The translations under genes were made by a program, and so were the position numbers. Of a stretch of 64,000 bases of DNA, positions 12,886-25,083 are shown piece after piece. The notes below the pieces were generated by a model. The model was given only the letters and a program-made list of their open reading frames with translations, ran no database searches and was not told the origin of the DNA. The stretch lies in assembly GCA_964276515.1 (NCBI GenBank), contig OZ193909.1:18910001-18974000 (forward strand), given 5' to 3'. Origin of the DNA: Gordius albopunctatus. Its lineage: Eukaryota. Every line of letters begins with the position of its first letter. Position 1 is the first letter of the stretch.

Positions 12886-13186
12886 TCAATGTAAATTTAT
12901 CCGCCAATTGTTTAAACATAATATATGTTTAAAAGTCCCGGAAGACATCCGAGATCGTTTTTTTGTTAAAATATCTCCTGCTTTGGAAAATATTCTTTCG
13001 GCGGCCACTGAGGACGCTTTCTGCGCCGAAAAGGATCTGGCCATAATTGCAAGATTAGGTAATTCACTTGCATTTCCAGCCCACCATGCATAGGGATCGC
13101 TATCAATCGATATTGGTGACTTTTGAGAATATTTCAGGACTTCGTCATTTTCTAAGTTGAAGTTGTTAGGATTGGCGTCAAGCCCT
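12886..13186 (-). pseudogene. hAT dimerization-domain terminal exon
   Basis: PYAWWAGNASELPNLAIMARSFSAQKASSVAAERIFSKAGDILTKKRSRMS, preceded by a TTTTAG acceptor on the minus strand. Confidence 0.8.
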
Positions 13187-13386
13187 AAAATAAAAATACT
13201 TAGCAAATAAATAAAAAAAATTAGCAAACTATCATCAGCCACGCACGCTACATGGCATTGCACACAAAAAGAATATGTTACAAAATGGTGGCAATTAAAT
13301 ATAAAACACTTGATAGAGGTAGATATGTATTAAAAACCCAAATCGCAATTTTTTCTTAAAAATTAAAGAATTGAAATAAATTAAAA

Positions 13387-15557
13387 ACTCGGGCCTTCGG
13401 CCCTCGTGGGAAGGGAGGGAAGGGGGAACTCATCTACACTCCGTATAAATGTTTCATATTTGCTATGCAATTTATGGAAATACTTACGTGAATATTGCAA
13501 AACGAAGGTTGGAAGCACTAAATAAGTGTATATGCCAAATATCATAAAGGGGGAGAGAGGGAGCGAAGGGGAAGCTTTATGGTTAGTTAAATTCTACGGG
13601 AAACAGTTGTATTAATTTATATTTAGGTAGACAAATTTTTACTTGTCTATTTTTAAAGACTATTTTTAATATAGGAAGAAAATTTGGATGGAAATAAGCA
13701 ATAATTTTTTCACAAAATAAATTCAAAAAAAAATGGAAATCCTAAATTTTTTAAAAGTGCCCGTGGTTAGTCATAGCCCATAAATTAACTCTGACGTTTT
13801 CACTTTTTTTAGTGTAGGCTAACTCATATCAATAAAAAGATTGTTTCTTTATAAAAAATGTAGAAAATGCAAATGTAATATGATTATTTTTTCTTTTTAT
13901 CATGCCATTTGTAAAACACAATGAAAAATGGCTAGCAATAGCCCCTCTCCGACTAGCCCCGACCCCTATTTTAATAAACAATTAATAATGTAGATAAATG
14001 AAAGACAAAACCTAATTTTATGCAAGAACACAAAAAAACAAAATATAGTAATCTTTAAAATAAATAATTCAATGTGTAAAAATGTATATGAATGAATATT
14101 AATGTTGAAAACCTAAACACTAGCACATGCAAAAAACAATCATGAACAAAATATCACATTTGAGAATAAATAAAAATATTACATTAGTTTTTATGGCCTC
14201 TAGTGATTATGGGTCTAACAAACATTATATTATAAAACACCACAATGTTAAGAATTTGCAGAATTGTTGGGAGAAATTTTTTGTTGAATTTGAACAATTT
14301 TTAATTAAAAAAATCAAAAATTTGGCCAATGGTCATTTCTTCTGCATTGGTCAGTACCAACAGATACTCTATAAGTCAATGATAGCCAAAAAACGGGAAA
14401 AAAATTTTGATGCTCACTTTAGCCAATGGTCATTTTTTCCCATTGTTCAGCACACGGTAAAAGTGGATATAAATTCATAAGAGTAAAAAAAACGAGAAAA
14501 AAAATTTTCGAATCACATTTTGGCCAAAGGTCATTTTTTTCCATTGGTCAGCAGCCAGGACACGGTAAAAGTGGATACAAATTCATAATAGTCAAAAAAA
14601 CGAAAAAAAAGTTTTCGAATCACGTTATGGCGAATGGTTATTTTATTCCATTGGTCAGCAGCCAGCGGACGGCCAAAAAGTCATAATAGCAATGGTAGGA
14701 ACAGGAACAATCATAATAGTAAAAAAACGGAAAAAATAATTTCGATTCACATTTTGGCCAATGGTCATTTTTTTCCATTGGTCAGCAGCCAGGACACGGT
14801 AAAAGTGGATATAAATTCATAACAGTCAAAAAAAACGGAAAAAAAATTTTCGAATCACATTTTGGCCAATGGTCATTTTATTCCATTGGTCAGCAGCCAG
14901 CGGACGGCCAAAAAGTCATAATAGCAATGGTAGGAACAGGAACAATCATAATAGTCAAAAAAACGAAAAAAATATTTTCGATTCACATTTTGGCCAATGG
15001 TCATTTTTTCCATCGGTCAGGAGCCAGCGGACGGCCAAAAAGTCATAATAGCAATGGTAGGAACAGGAACAATCATAATGGTCAAAAAAACGAAAAAATA
15101 AACTCGGATACACATTTTGGCCAATGGTCATTTTTTCATTGGTCAGCAGCCAGCGGACGGCCAAAAAGTCTTATTATCAATGATAGTAACAAGAACAATC
15201 ATAAGAGTCAAAAAAAACTCCGGGATTCTAACCCAAAAACTAGATAAATTGCATAGCAATTATTAAAAAGTATAGGGTAATTATCAATGTTAACATATTC
15301 AAAAACGAAAAACAAAGAATTTGGATTTATTTCGCCAATGGTCATTTTTTCATTGGTCAGTAGCCTGCGGACGGTCAGAATGTCATATTATTAATGGTAT
15401 TAACAAGAACAAAATATTAATTTAATTTAAAAAAATAAACAAATTTTGTCCTCTCCGGGTCTCGATCCACAGACCTGCAAGTCGGGAAGCTGGTGTAAAT
15501 AACTTGGTGGACGACGGACGGACAACAAAAAACGAGCCCATAAATTGCATAGCAATT
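13387..15557 (-). mobile_element. Non-autonomous Helentron/DINE-1-like (HINE) element
   Basis: Subterminal inverted repeats TTGCTATGCAATTTATGG (~13460) and CCATAAATTGCATAGCAA (~15537). 3' hairpin GGGCC-TTC-GGCCC (~13391-13403). GTCC microsatellite near the 5' end, internal tandem array, insertion in an A/T run with no TSD. Confidence 0.72.
14320..15380. repeat. Minisatellite array of ~100-128-bp units inside the Helentron-like element
   Basis: About 9 units begin TTTTGGCCAATGGTCATTTT. Two variants occur (CAGGACACGGTAAAAGTGG and CAGCGGACGGCCAAAAAGTC), partly alternating. Confidence 0.9.
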
Positions 15558-15974
15558 AATTATATTATATTTTTAGTTTAATTTGCCTTACTTTTAATTG
15601 GAATAAATTGTAAAATTTCTATTATTTATTATATATGTAAAAAATATAGAAGACAGTTAAGTTGAAATTTTACGGTATATTAAAAAAAGATATTGACCTT
15701 AGGTGAATTAAATTAACCTAAAGGTTTAGCTTAGGCTAGGTCAATATTTATTAACCTAAGCGTTTAGGTTAATTTTACGCTCTGACCTAAGCTCTAAGCT
15801 TCTAATTGACCTCGAGGTTTTTAGGTTAATTTTGACCTCTAACCTTGAGGCAGGTTTTAGCGCTTTAAAAGAGGTTAGAGGTTTTCGAGGAACCTCTAAC
15901 CTAACCTAAGGCTGACCTTGGCGTGACTCACGCCTAACTTTTTCCCACCACTACAGGGCTCTAGTCATAACCCA

Positions 15975-16671
15975 ACGCCTCCGAGATGTGCCAGACTTAA
16001 AAAATTATACGAAAGGAACGCCAATATTAAAGTCAGTTAAAAGCACGCTCAGAAGAATATGTGTTAATTGATATCCTATTCCAAAAATATTTAATTATCT
16101 TTAACCCTGAGCATAAATTTTACAATTTTAATAAAAGATTCCTACTACATAATCATGAGAATAGGCTTTTAGTTTTTGGAACGCCTAACAATATAAGAAT
16201 TTTATGTGAGGCAGGGAATAGGTCTATAAAATTGTTGCACATTTGCCGGATAAGTCCCAAGCACCCTATAATATTTTTTTGATTTATTAAAGATTTTATC
16301 TCCGAATATCTTTAATGTTACACTCACGCTACGTCCAAGTAGATTTTAAGCAAGCCAGTGTAAAGGTTTTGCATGATTTGTTCCCTAACGCTGTTGTTAA
16401 AGGTACATTTACATAAAATTTTGCTAACTAATATATATTTGAAGGCTGTTTATTTCATTTTTCGCCAGCCATATCTCGCTAAATGAGGACATTAGGGTTA
16501 ACAAATTTGTATAATAATAACGCAACTTTTCGAAAATTGGTACGAAGAATGTTAGCAATTCCATTTTTATAACCACGTCACATTATATTACTGTAAAATG
16601 ATTGCATTTCTCAAATCTCTATGATGCCAGAAGCCTCACGCTGTTTTGAGTATATCAAAGACATCTGGGTA
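15975..16671 (+). mobile_element. MULE transposase remnant
   Basis: FLLHNHENRLLVFGTPNNIRILCEA and IFEGCLFHFSPAISR. The 3' part is a direct repeat of 5560-5911. Confidence 0.7.
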
Positions 16672-16769
16672 GGTTCAATCGTCTGATTACTCGTTATAAA
16701 AATAATATATTTTCTTATTTCGCTACTATCGCAACGAAGAGCTTTGATTCTTTGGATTATTCGATACTT

Positions 16770-17330
16770 GTGAGTTTATCTTCGACTTCTGCATAACCTG
16801 GTTTTAGTCGATCGATGGAAATTGTTTGTTTCGTTCCCTTCTTCTTCAAGGCAAAAAATTTTATTTTACGTTTTAAAACTGCACGATCCGTCGTTATCGG
16901 TGTTAACGGTTTGCTTACAGCGTCTTGTCGTTGAAAACGTACGGGGTGGGTTTAAAGGTTCTGACTTGTCATTTCGTGAAAGATATCCGTGTTGGTGGAA
17001 AAGATTTTTTTGCCATTGTTTACTTAAGTTTGTCCTGGAATTGATTGTCTGTGGGTCGGGTTAATAATCAAGGAAATTTCTTCTGGTAAGCTTAGGGGGT
17101 TGTACCGTATACTAGCTTTGTACTCTTCATCCATGTCTTCTTTCTTCGTGGTAAAACAGATTTGTAATAAGATTAGTGTAAAACTTCATTCCATTATGGG
17201 TCTCCGGTCGCCTTAACGCTGCTTTTAGTTGCCTGTAAGTTGTCTTTATGTGGTTGCATTCTGGCAAGTTAGATAGTTTCACGGAATAAGGATTATTGGA
17301 ATATTGATCCACGATCCGTGGTTATTATAA
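16770..17330 (-). mobile_element. Ty3/Gypsy LTR retrotransposon integrase C-terminal remnant
   Basis: Frameshifted translation gives YRQLKAAL and RQDAVSKPLTP...VLKRKIKFFALKKKGTKQTISIDRLKPG, matching the RxDxVxxPL...SxDRLKP integrase tail. Confidence 0.7.
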
Positions 17331-18099
17331 GCGATATACCGAAACTTAAAATCTAGTATTGTTAACCTCTATGTATTATAATATAACTGACCTGAATTGC
17401 AAATCTTATTCTAGTATTTAAATAGATTCCTAGTGGCTGTTGCAACTTTAGAAATAAAATAAGAATATTTTAAAAAGTTATTATTTGAAACTGTTCAAAT
17501 TATATTTTATAAAGTTAAATTTTTAGCTTTAAATGATTAGTTGAATAAATTATAACGAATGAAAATGAATTTTTCATTTCAAACTTATCCTAGTTGTTAA
17601 TTGCGAGTAATAACAATGTAATGCATTAATTTTCAAAAATATTTTTCAAAATTTTATTTGAAAAATTGGGTCTGTCTATGGTCGGGCAAAAATAAAAAAG
17701 TCTTTCGGGCTGGACTCGGGCAAAAGAAATTTCATTTTGCATGGCTCTAGTCATATTCCCGGATGTGACACAGCATGAAAATGATCAGATTCTCTCCTCA
17801 TTGATTCTGGTATCATTGGTTGATAGATCACACAAGACTTTGCCTTACGATCCTGGAATGGGTATTAATTTCAACTTTAAGCATGATGCAATTTTTAGAC
17901 TTTTTAAGGATTCATCGGAATTTTCTTCGAATCAGGAATTTCTGGTAGTTTTATAGAATTTACTTTCATCCGAGAAAGAGTGTCTCTCCTGTATTGCTTT
18001 CATTTTTCATGTATCGTATAATATCATTAGCAGAGCTGTTAAAAGTTCCTTTGCCTAAAATAGAACTAGTTCCAGTTTCTTTTTTAATTTTTTATAAAA

Positions 18100-19110
18100 A
18101 TCATCAGGTAATAAATGTTTATTTGATTTTAACAAAATATTATGTTCAAAGTTGTCATCTAAAAGACATGTTCGCTTGTCTCCAAATAAAATTTTGCCCA
18201 AGCTAAATAATCTTTAACAGGGGCCTTTGATGGTAATGGCATATTATATTTAATAAATAGTTTTTTTAAATGGGCAAAACTGTCTAAAAGACTTAAATTC
18301 CGGTTATTAGAAAGCAAAAAACGTTCAATTGATTCATTCTTTTCATCATTTTTTAATTCAAAAAAATCCATTTCTGATAAACTAGGTCCAGCCTGTTGAG
18401 ATTTAGGAACAAACAAATTGATAGGAATATGATAAAAATTAAAAATCAATTAAAGGAAATGATCTTTATATAAATTACCATAAGTCGAAAAATTTATTTA
18501 ACAAACACTACCGTGAATAAAATACTAAATAATATTTAAATTATAAATTAATTTAAAAAATTTTAATGCAAATTGAAATTGGCAAAAGGAACTTCTAAGT
18601 AGTTCCTTTAACAGCTCTAATCATTAGTAAATGTGATATCAGGTCTAGTTTTTTCGTTTATCGTGGAGAATATTGGTCTGATTTTGCGTTGAATGCGTGA
18701 TTGAATGGATTGTGGTCGATTTTAATGGAGAGGCTGCGGCCTTCTAAGTTGTGGCGAAACGTATGATGTATCTAAGTAACTTGCCAGAAGTTAAAGTTTA
18801 CTGATAAGCATACTCTACTCTACTGGCGTTAGCTTTAGCTTAATTAAAGACAAATTACCTTTTATGATGCTTTTTAGTACTTTAGTTTTCAATGATTTTC
18901 CTTGTTTATCAAATTAAGCATCGGATCTGTGCTGTTCCATCGCGTGGAAACATCAAGAGATATAACGGGACCAACAAGCTCTTTAAAGTTTTGTAAAAGC
19001 TTTAGAAAATTATGCAGTTTGCGCACGAAATTCTTACCTTTTTGCAACTGGTGTGATAAATGAACCAGGCCCCAGCTTGAACAATAATATTTATGATGTG
19101 TGCCAGACAT
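18100..19110 (-). pseudogene. Highly degenerate hAT transposase fragments
   Basis: LDVSTRWNST (18889-19110 ORF) and LKKLFIKYNMPLPSKAPV (18159-18449 ORF) are hAT core and dimerization motifs. Confidence 0.6.
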
Positions 19111-19633
19111 CTAGTCGTAAAACAGTCTTTATGATAATTCGCTTTTTAAAAATTTATAAGCTCGTTTCCAGCTCAATATTAGTTCCATTGTCATGGGTTA
19201 TCAATAATATGGACAAATGTAAACTCATCCACGTATTATGCGATTACAATTTATTGTTTTCAAGTTTCATATCGCCATGCAGGGCGATATTAGGAAATCG
19301 GCGTAAAAGGAAACTAACCTCATTACGAATGAGCTATCGAGGAGAGTAAGCGACGGGCTTTAAATTAGGAAAAATAGGCCTAAAGACATAATTAGGTGTT
19401 ATTAACAATCTAGGATCCTGAATGTGAGGCATGATAAATAAAGAGTTGGGCCGAGAAACGGAGCAAAAGAATAAAAAGGTTACTAAAGGAAGCCAGGATC
19501 CTTAAAAGTGATGGGCTATAAATTAGGAATTGGCTCGGAAATTTAGGGTAAGAAATAAAAGTAGTTTCGAACATTGGAACCCAGCCAGAGAGTGAGGTAT
19601 ATTAAAGACCCCTAGAATTTAGAAAGTATCGGG

Positions 19634-21007
19634 TAGAGAACTGCAAAGTCACTTTTTTTCAACCCGAACCCGACCCGACCCGAAAAATTATTAAAACAAA
19701 TTACTTTCGAGCGCGAAAATTGCGGTGTAAAATTAAATCGACAAATAAAATTACTACTAATGAAATGACTCATTTATTTAAATATTTTTATTTTGCTTTA
19801 TGAATATTTATTTACGTAATTTAAATACAATTTGAATATGATTGTTATAGATGATTAGAATAAACATTTTACACTTGTATATCATGCATCATTTCAATTA
19901 TTTAAGACTTAAGAAGTTGTGAATGCTAAAAAATAGACCAATAGAATACAAACAAATAGTTTAACTATTAATAAAAAAAATTGTATAAAGGTTATATTAT
20001 TATAAAACTGCTATTTTAATTCTTACCTCCTCCAGATCTTTTGCTATAACACAATGTAAAATTATATATAAAGTTCTCCATGATGATTTGTATTCTTTAA
20101 AGGGGATGGTGGAAAAAAACTCATATTTATTTATCTATATTTAGTTTGCTAATATCAAGTAAACTGCTCATATGTTATAGACTTGAGACAACTGTTTAAC
20201 ATCCATTTATTATGAAACCATTATTATATAGCTGATTATAATCCATATAGTAAATGAAATTTATACTAACTGTTCAAATGTTTTAAGTTTGAAGTGCAAT
20301 TTAAGATATTATAAAAAAAAATTTATATAATTATATAACAAACCAATATATATTTACTAATTTATACTATCTAATATTAAGTTAAATACTCATGTGTTAT
20401 AGATTTTAGAGGCAACTTTTTAATATCAAATTATTGTTAAGATATATTGTCTTAGGGTAAAATATCTCACATCCACATGATTTAAAATATTTTATAAATA
20501 AACAAGTTATCATACCATATTAATTAAAATTATAACTTACTTTTAAGTTATCTTTAAATATGTATTAAATGTAATTTAAATTAATGATGAGGAGTAGCTA
20601 AATCTTCACGATTAGCACTAAAAAAATTTAAAATATAACTTTATTGAAATAATTTACCTTTTAATAGTCAAATTAAAAACAGGAGTAATTTATGTAGTTT
20701 GAATTAGTGGTGAGAATTAGTTAGCACTTCAGAGTTCGGTGTTTTAAAGTTTAAAAAAAGAAGAAATCCAGCCCCCTGGCGAAATGGACAGCTGGCAAAA
20801 AGTCATAAAAGTTTCAAAATAGTATGCTTATTTATATTTATATATATATCAAATATATGATTTATATATACAATTTATATTATATTTTTTGTTAGAAAAA
20901 AATAGGTCTCGCCTGTTTTTTACAATGTATGAACTTGGACCCGACTCTAAAAATTTGACCCGACCCGAAAGCATTTAAAAATTTCGGGTCACCCGTGCAG
21001 TTCTCTA
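19634..21007. mobile_element. Non-autonomous hAT element, 1374 bp
   Basis: TIRs TAGAGAACTGCA / TGCAGTTCTCTA. Perfect 8-bp TSD GTATCGGG. CCCGA repeats near both ends. Confidence 0.93.
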
Positions 21008-22712
21008 GTATCGGGACACTTTCCACATGGGAGAATACTTTAAAAAACATTTTGTGTAGCGCAGAAATATTCCCTTTCCAGACCAACCCCACATCATACA
21101 TGTGTTAAATTCGCGTCGAAATTGTATTTAAAAGAATGATTATAATATTACGATGATAAAGTGACAATTAATTTGTGATATTTTTTTGGTGGACCTTTGG
21201 TTTTAATAAGAACGGTCGTTCCGGGTCTGCTCTTAAAATTTTGACTGGCCCTGGAGGTCTACGAAGAAAAAAAACCCGCAAAGGTTGAATTGGGATGGCT
21301 AAGATTTATATGTGGAATGTGTGTCAGAAAATTGAAGAAAAAATTAAGTCTAATGACGATATATTCATGTGCTTCGAATATTTAAAATATATGGGGAAGT
21401 TCATTGAATTCAATTTTTGTGTGACAGCATATTTTATAGTAAAATTTTATGAGGCAGGGAATTTTGAAACTAAGTTAAATAGGATTAAGTATAAACCGTT
21501 GGCTTTTAGAAATTTAATCGGCCTCTAATACAACGCAAATCAATTAGAATTTAGAATTGTGAGATTCAAACCCTTTTTTGCGCAATATTTGAAAAAAGTG
21601 ATGAACATTCCGGATCAAACATTTTGTAAAATCTTGCTGCTTTATTGCTCCATTTATGCCCAATGATTGATAAAAACAATATCTTGTTTTTGGGTATTAA
21701 ATTGAATTGTTTTATATAAACTTATAATTCCCATAAATTAATTAAAGCATTTAAAATAAACTTAAATGATAAGTCTTAGTAAGCGAAAAGTTTTATTTGA
21801 TTCAATCAATGAAAACGTCTTTAATATGTTTACTTGCCTCTTACTAATGTTTCAATGATATCAAAGTTTTATTTTAAATGAGTTCAAAGTAAATTACTTA
21901 ATTTCAAAAAACCTATCAAAATTCCATATGGGAAAGATAAACATTTTAAATATTGGAAAATACAAGAAATCCAAATATACACTTTAAAATAGCTAAAAAG
22001 ATGGGTGCTTAGACTTTCAAACCTTAAAATCATTCTACGACTTTTTAATACATGTATTTTTGAATGTTAAAAACTTTTAAAAGTTGATATTTAATTTGTC
22101 CTTGCTCTCGACCCCTTTTTTGCACCATTTTTATCAAACTTTTTTCCCCCTTAAATCGTATTTCCTTATAAACTCTTAAGGAATAAAAATTAAATTGAGA
22201 TTATACCTTGTTAAATTATTAATTATAATGGTAATATATCAGTTATTAATTGCTATTGAAATTTAATTTTTATATAAGTGCCGGATTGCTAGAATTAAAG
22301 TCAACGATTTTAGGTGCCATATATGTAATTACATGAAATACGAATCGTTGAATTACACGGTTCAACAAGACGAATGAATTGACAAACTATTTGCAGATCG
22401 CTGTTTTTAGCGACAACTTTGACAGCAAATAATTCAAAAACTTGACGAATAGGGGTAAAAATCAAAAATATATTCGTGTTCACAGCCAAAAACTCTACCA
22501 GAATCTGCAAACAGTTTGCCGGTCAATTTTATAAGTCTATCATTTGTTGATCACTGTTATTATAACTTTTATTTTATATCATTTATATTATTACTAGCTG
22601 ACCCGGCAAACGTTGTTTAGCTATATACATTATTTCTAGAAAATATTATAAGTGATGTGCATGCTCATCCTTATGATGCCTCGATCATATAATGAGCGAT
22701 TAAAATATTATG

Positions 22713-22849
22713 CATGGGCGTAGCAAGGTTTTGAATTAGGGGGGGGGGGCAGAGTAAAAAAAGTTTCCTTACCAAAAATTTTCGGCGAGCAAAAAAAAGG
22801 TCTCCAGTATCCAAAACGCGACCTATAAAATGGCTAGGCTACGCCCATG
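22713..22849. mobile_element. Short MITE with CATGGGCGTAGC TIRs (family dispersed across the window)
   Basis: CATGGGCGTAGC...GCTACGCCCATG. Related copies or ends at ~24909, 31972, 34227, 41410, 41895, 49610, 54668 and 62574. Confidence 0.7.
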
Positions 22850-23185
22850 CCTTTATGATACAAATCTAAAATTTGCTTTTTTCACTTTCCTCTATGACAA
22901 CTCTCATGTGTTTTTCTAATAAAACTATAGAATGCTTTAATTTTAATACCTGTTTTTTCATTACAAAAATTAGCTTCTCTTTGTTTATATAAAAAGGTAT
23001 TTTGAATGTAATACCCTTCTCTTTTTTTGAAATAATTCTTTTGCTTTCTATCAAGATTTGATGGAAGAATCCCATTTTCCTTTAATCCAAAATTTGCTAC
23101 GCTAGAAAATGAGGCCTGAGTTAAAAATAGTAATAAAACTAAAATATGTTTGACATAAATGTGCACAATTGATAGGCAATACATA

Positions 23186-23395
23186 TGTTAATAAAATTTA
23201 ATAATATACTCAAATTACCTTGATTGTGGTATGTATGACTAGAATCACAAGTTTATATGGATCTAATTTATAATTTAGATAAGAACCATTATGAAATTCA
23301 TGTTAATAAAATTTGATAATATACTCAAATTACCTTGATTGTGGTATGTATGACTAGAATCTCAAGTTTATATTGATCTAATTTATAATTTAGAT
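23186..23395. repeat. Direct tandem duplication, ~115-bp period
   Basis: ATGTTAATAAAATTT...TTATAATTTAGAT occurs twice. Confidence 0.85.
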
Positions 23396-25083
23396 ATTAT
23401 GCATAGAATTACTTGAAATATTTTAAAAGTCTTGTGTCGTCATTTTAGTGTACTCAAAAAAACGGTTAATTTTGTGCCAAAACTAACCAATTGTGCTTTT
23501 AGGAAGATCACGTGATATGGCATATAACTCGTTATTATGCCATATTAACCAATAGGAATGTTCAATTTAGCATCGTCGTTTTTTAAATGTCGACGTTTCA
23601 GATCATTACACCGGCAAACGTTGTTTTGCCATATACATTATGTTGTCTGGCAAATTAACTAACTTACTATAAGTGTGTGGGGATATTTTTTGCAGAAGTT
23701 TTATCTAAATTGTAGTCTTATTTTTACAATCGATGCAAAGTAAACGTAAATAACTAATAATTGCAGGTAAGGAGTTTGTCGGGGAATGCAGGGGAGAGAA
23801 TACTTTTTATTTATTGTTTCCTGGGGGGTTCTTGATCTATCGGTTATATTTTCTTAACCACTCTTAAATAATACCTATTTTATCATTCGCATCACTTTGT
23901 TATATATGGAAAAATTAAGACAGAATTACGCTGGATAAATTTCAGCTTTAGCGCCATCTGTACATACTATAAAAGTTTTTAAAAAAATAAGAAAATTTAA
24001 AAATACCAAAATAAAAACTCAACTAATAAAACTGGCAACAAAATTAATGAGCTGCCATTATTATCACATGGCCATAGAAGCATGTAATTTATTTGGGGAC
24101 ACGACCCAATGTACATTATAAGAACGTATTATATAAAAAGATTTAAATGGGATGGGAAGGCACGGAGGTAAAACGTGACCTAGGCTAGTGGCCTATAAAA
24201 AAATTTAAATAAGAAAATTTAAAACTTTTTTTAGCGTAAAATAATTAGTTGCCAACTTCAAATTATGGGTAAGATTGATCTTTCATACTTATTTAAAACA
24301 TTTTATATATTGAAATGGGGCACGAATTTTATAACGTCATGGATTTTATGAACCCACTATTTTTTGTATATATACAATAAGACAAACCAAATTTTTATTT
24401 TTCTAGTTAGCTGATTTATTTGAAATACAATTTTCTTTAATAAAATAATTAATTGAAGGATGGATGGATATTTATTAAAAATATGCTTCTATGATCGACC
24501 ATCTAATTCGAGAAAACTTCAATCTTGTATGTATGACGTCATTATTGTATATGATGCTATAAATGAAACTGGCCGGGAAATGTCCGATATTTTTAAAACG
24601 TAAAGGTATTTTAGGAATCTGAAAAAGCTATTTTACCCCTGGACGTCCTGGGCATTTACGGCTTAATTTTCGCCCGAATCGGGCCGGTAGTTTAGAATTT
24701 AGCCCTTATTTACATACATACACTTTACTTTATATATATAGATTACCATAATTATAAATTTTAATATTGTAAACTAAAATGAGTTGGTTAAATTATATCC
24801 GTTTTTCAGGCAAATTTTAAGTGTTTATCAATAAAATAAACCTATTTCCTTGATCCCAAAACATTTCATCATTCTAATTCCTATATTAATACCTGTTTTT
24901 CTTGAATGCATGGGCGCAGCCAGGATTTGAATTACTGAAATTTTACCCATATTTGTATTAAATTTTTTGGATTTAGGGGGGGGGGGGGGGCAGCACCCCC
25001 TCCCTGTCTACGTCCATGCACGATTCTTGTTAATGGGAAAAATAATAATATTGACGGATCAAATGTACACATGCACGACCTAG

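Larger units (their letters stand above)
11818..15953. mobile_element. Foldback hAT-derived element with ~545-bp inverted arms
   Basis: 11818-12362 is the reverse complement of 13194-13386 plus 15558-15908. TTAGG/AACCT subterminal repeats. The right terminus CCCACCACTA is at 15944-15953; the left terminus is missing. Confidence 0.8.
10361..15963 (-). mobile_element. Internally deleted hAT element carrying nested insertions
   Basis: TIRs TAGAGCCCTG (10361) and CAGGGCTCTA (15954-15963). 8-bp TSD GTCATAGC/GTCATAAC (7/8 match). CCCGA/TCGGG subterminal repeats. Confidence 0.85.
22594..24742 (-). mobile_element. Non-autonomous Helitron
   Basis: On the minus strand it starts A|TCTATATATATAAAGTAAAGTGTATGTATGT (24742) and ends AACGTTTGCCGGGTCAGCTAG|T (22594). 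This gives TC...CTAG termini, a subterminal hairpin remnant and an A^T target. A second 3'-like hairpin lies at ~23610-23630. Confidence 0.7.

Noticed and set aside
14127..15247. Several ORFs and a CRISPR-like periodicity in the repeat array
   Set aside because: The units are wholly repeated with no unique spacers, there are no cas genes, and the context is eukaryotic. The ORFs are translations of the minisatellite.
6555..17749. One 11-kb hAT bounded by matching termini at 6555 and 17749
   Set aside because: The ends are complementary, but the flanks (ACCAAACC and GTCATATT) are not a TSD, so the pairing is unsupported.
22380..22560. Conserved non-coding element shared with ~40105-40350 and ~62880-63040
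   Set aside because: Diverged copies in both orientations with ragged ends. Most simply an old dispersed repeat.
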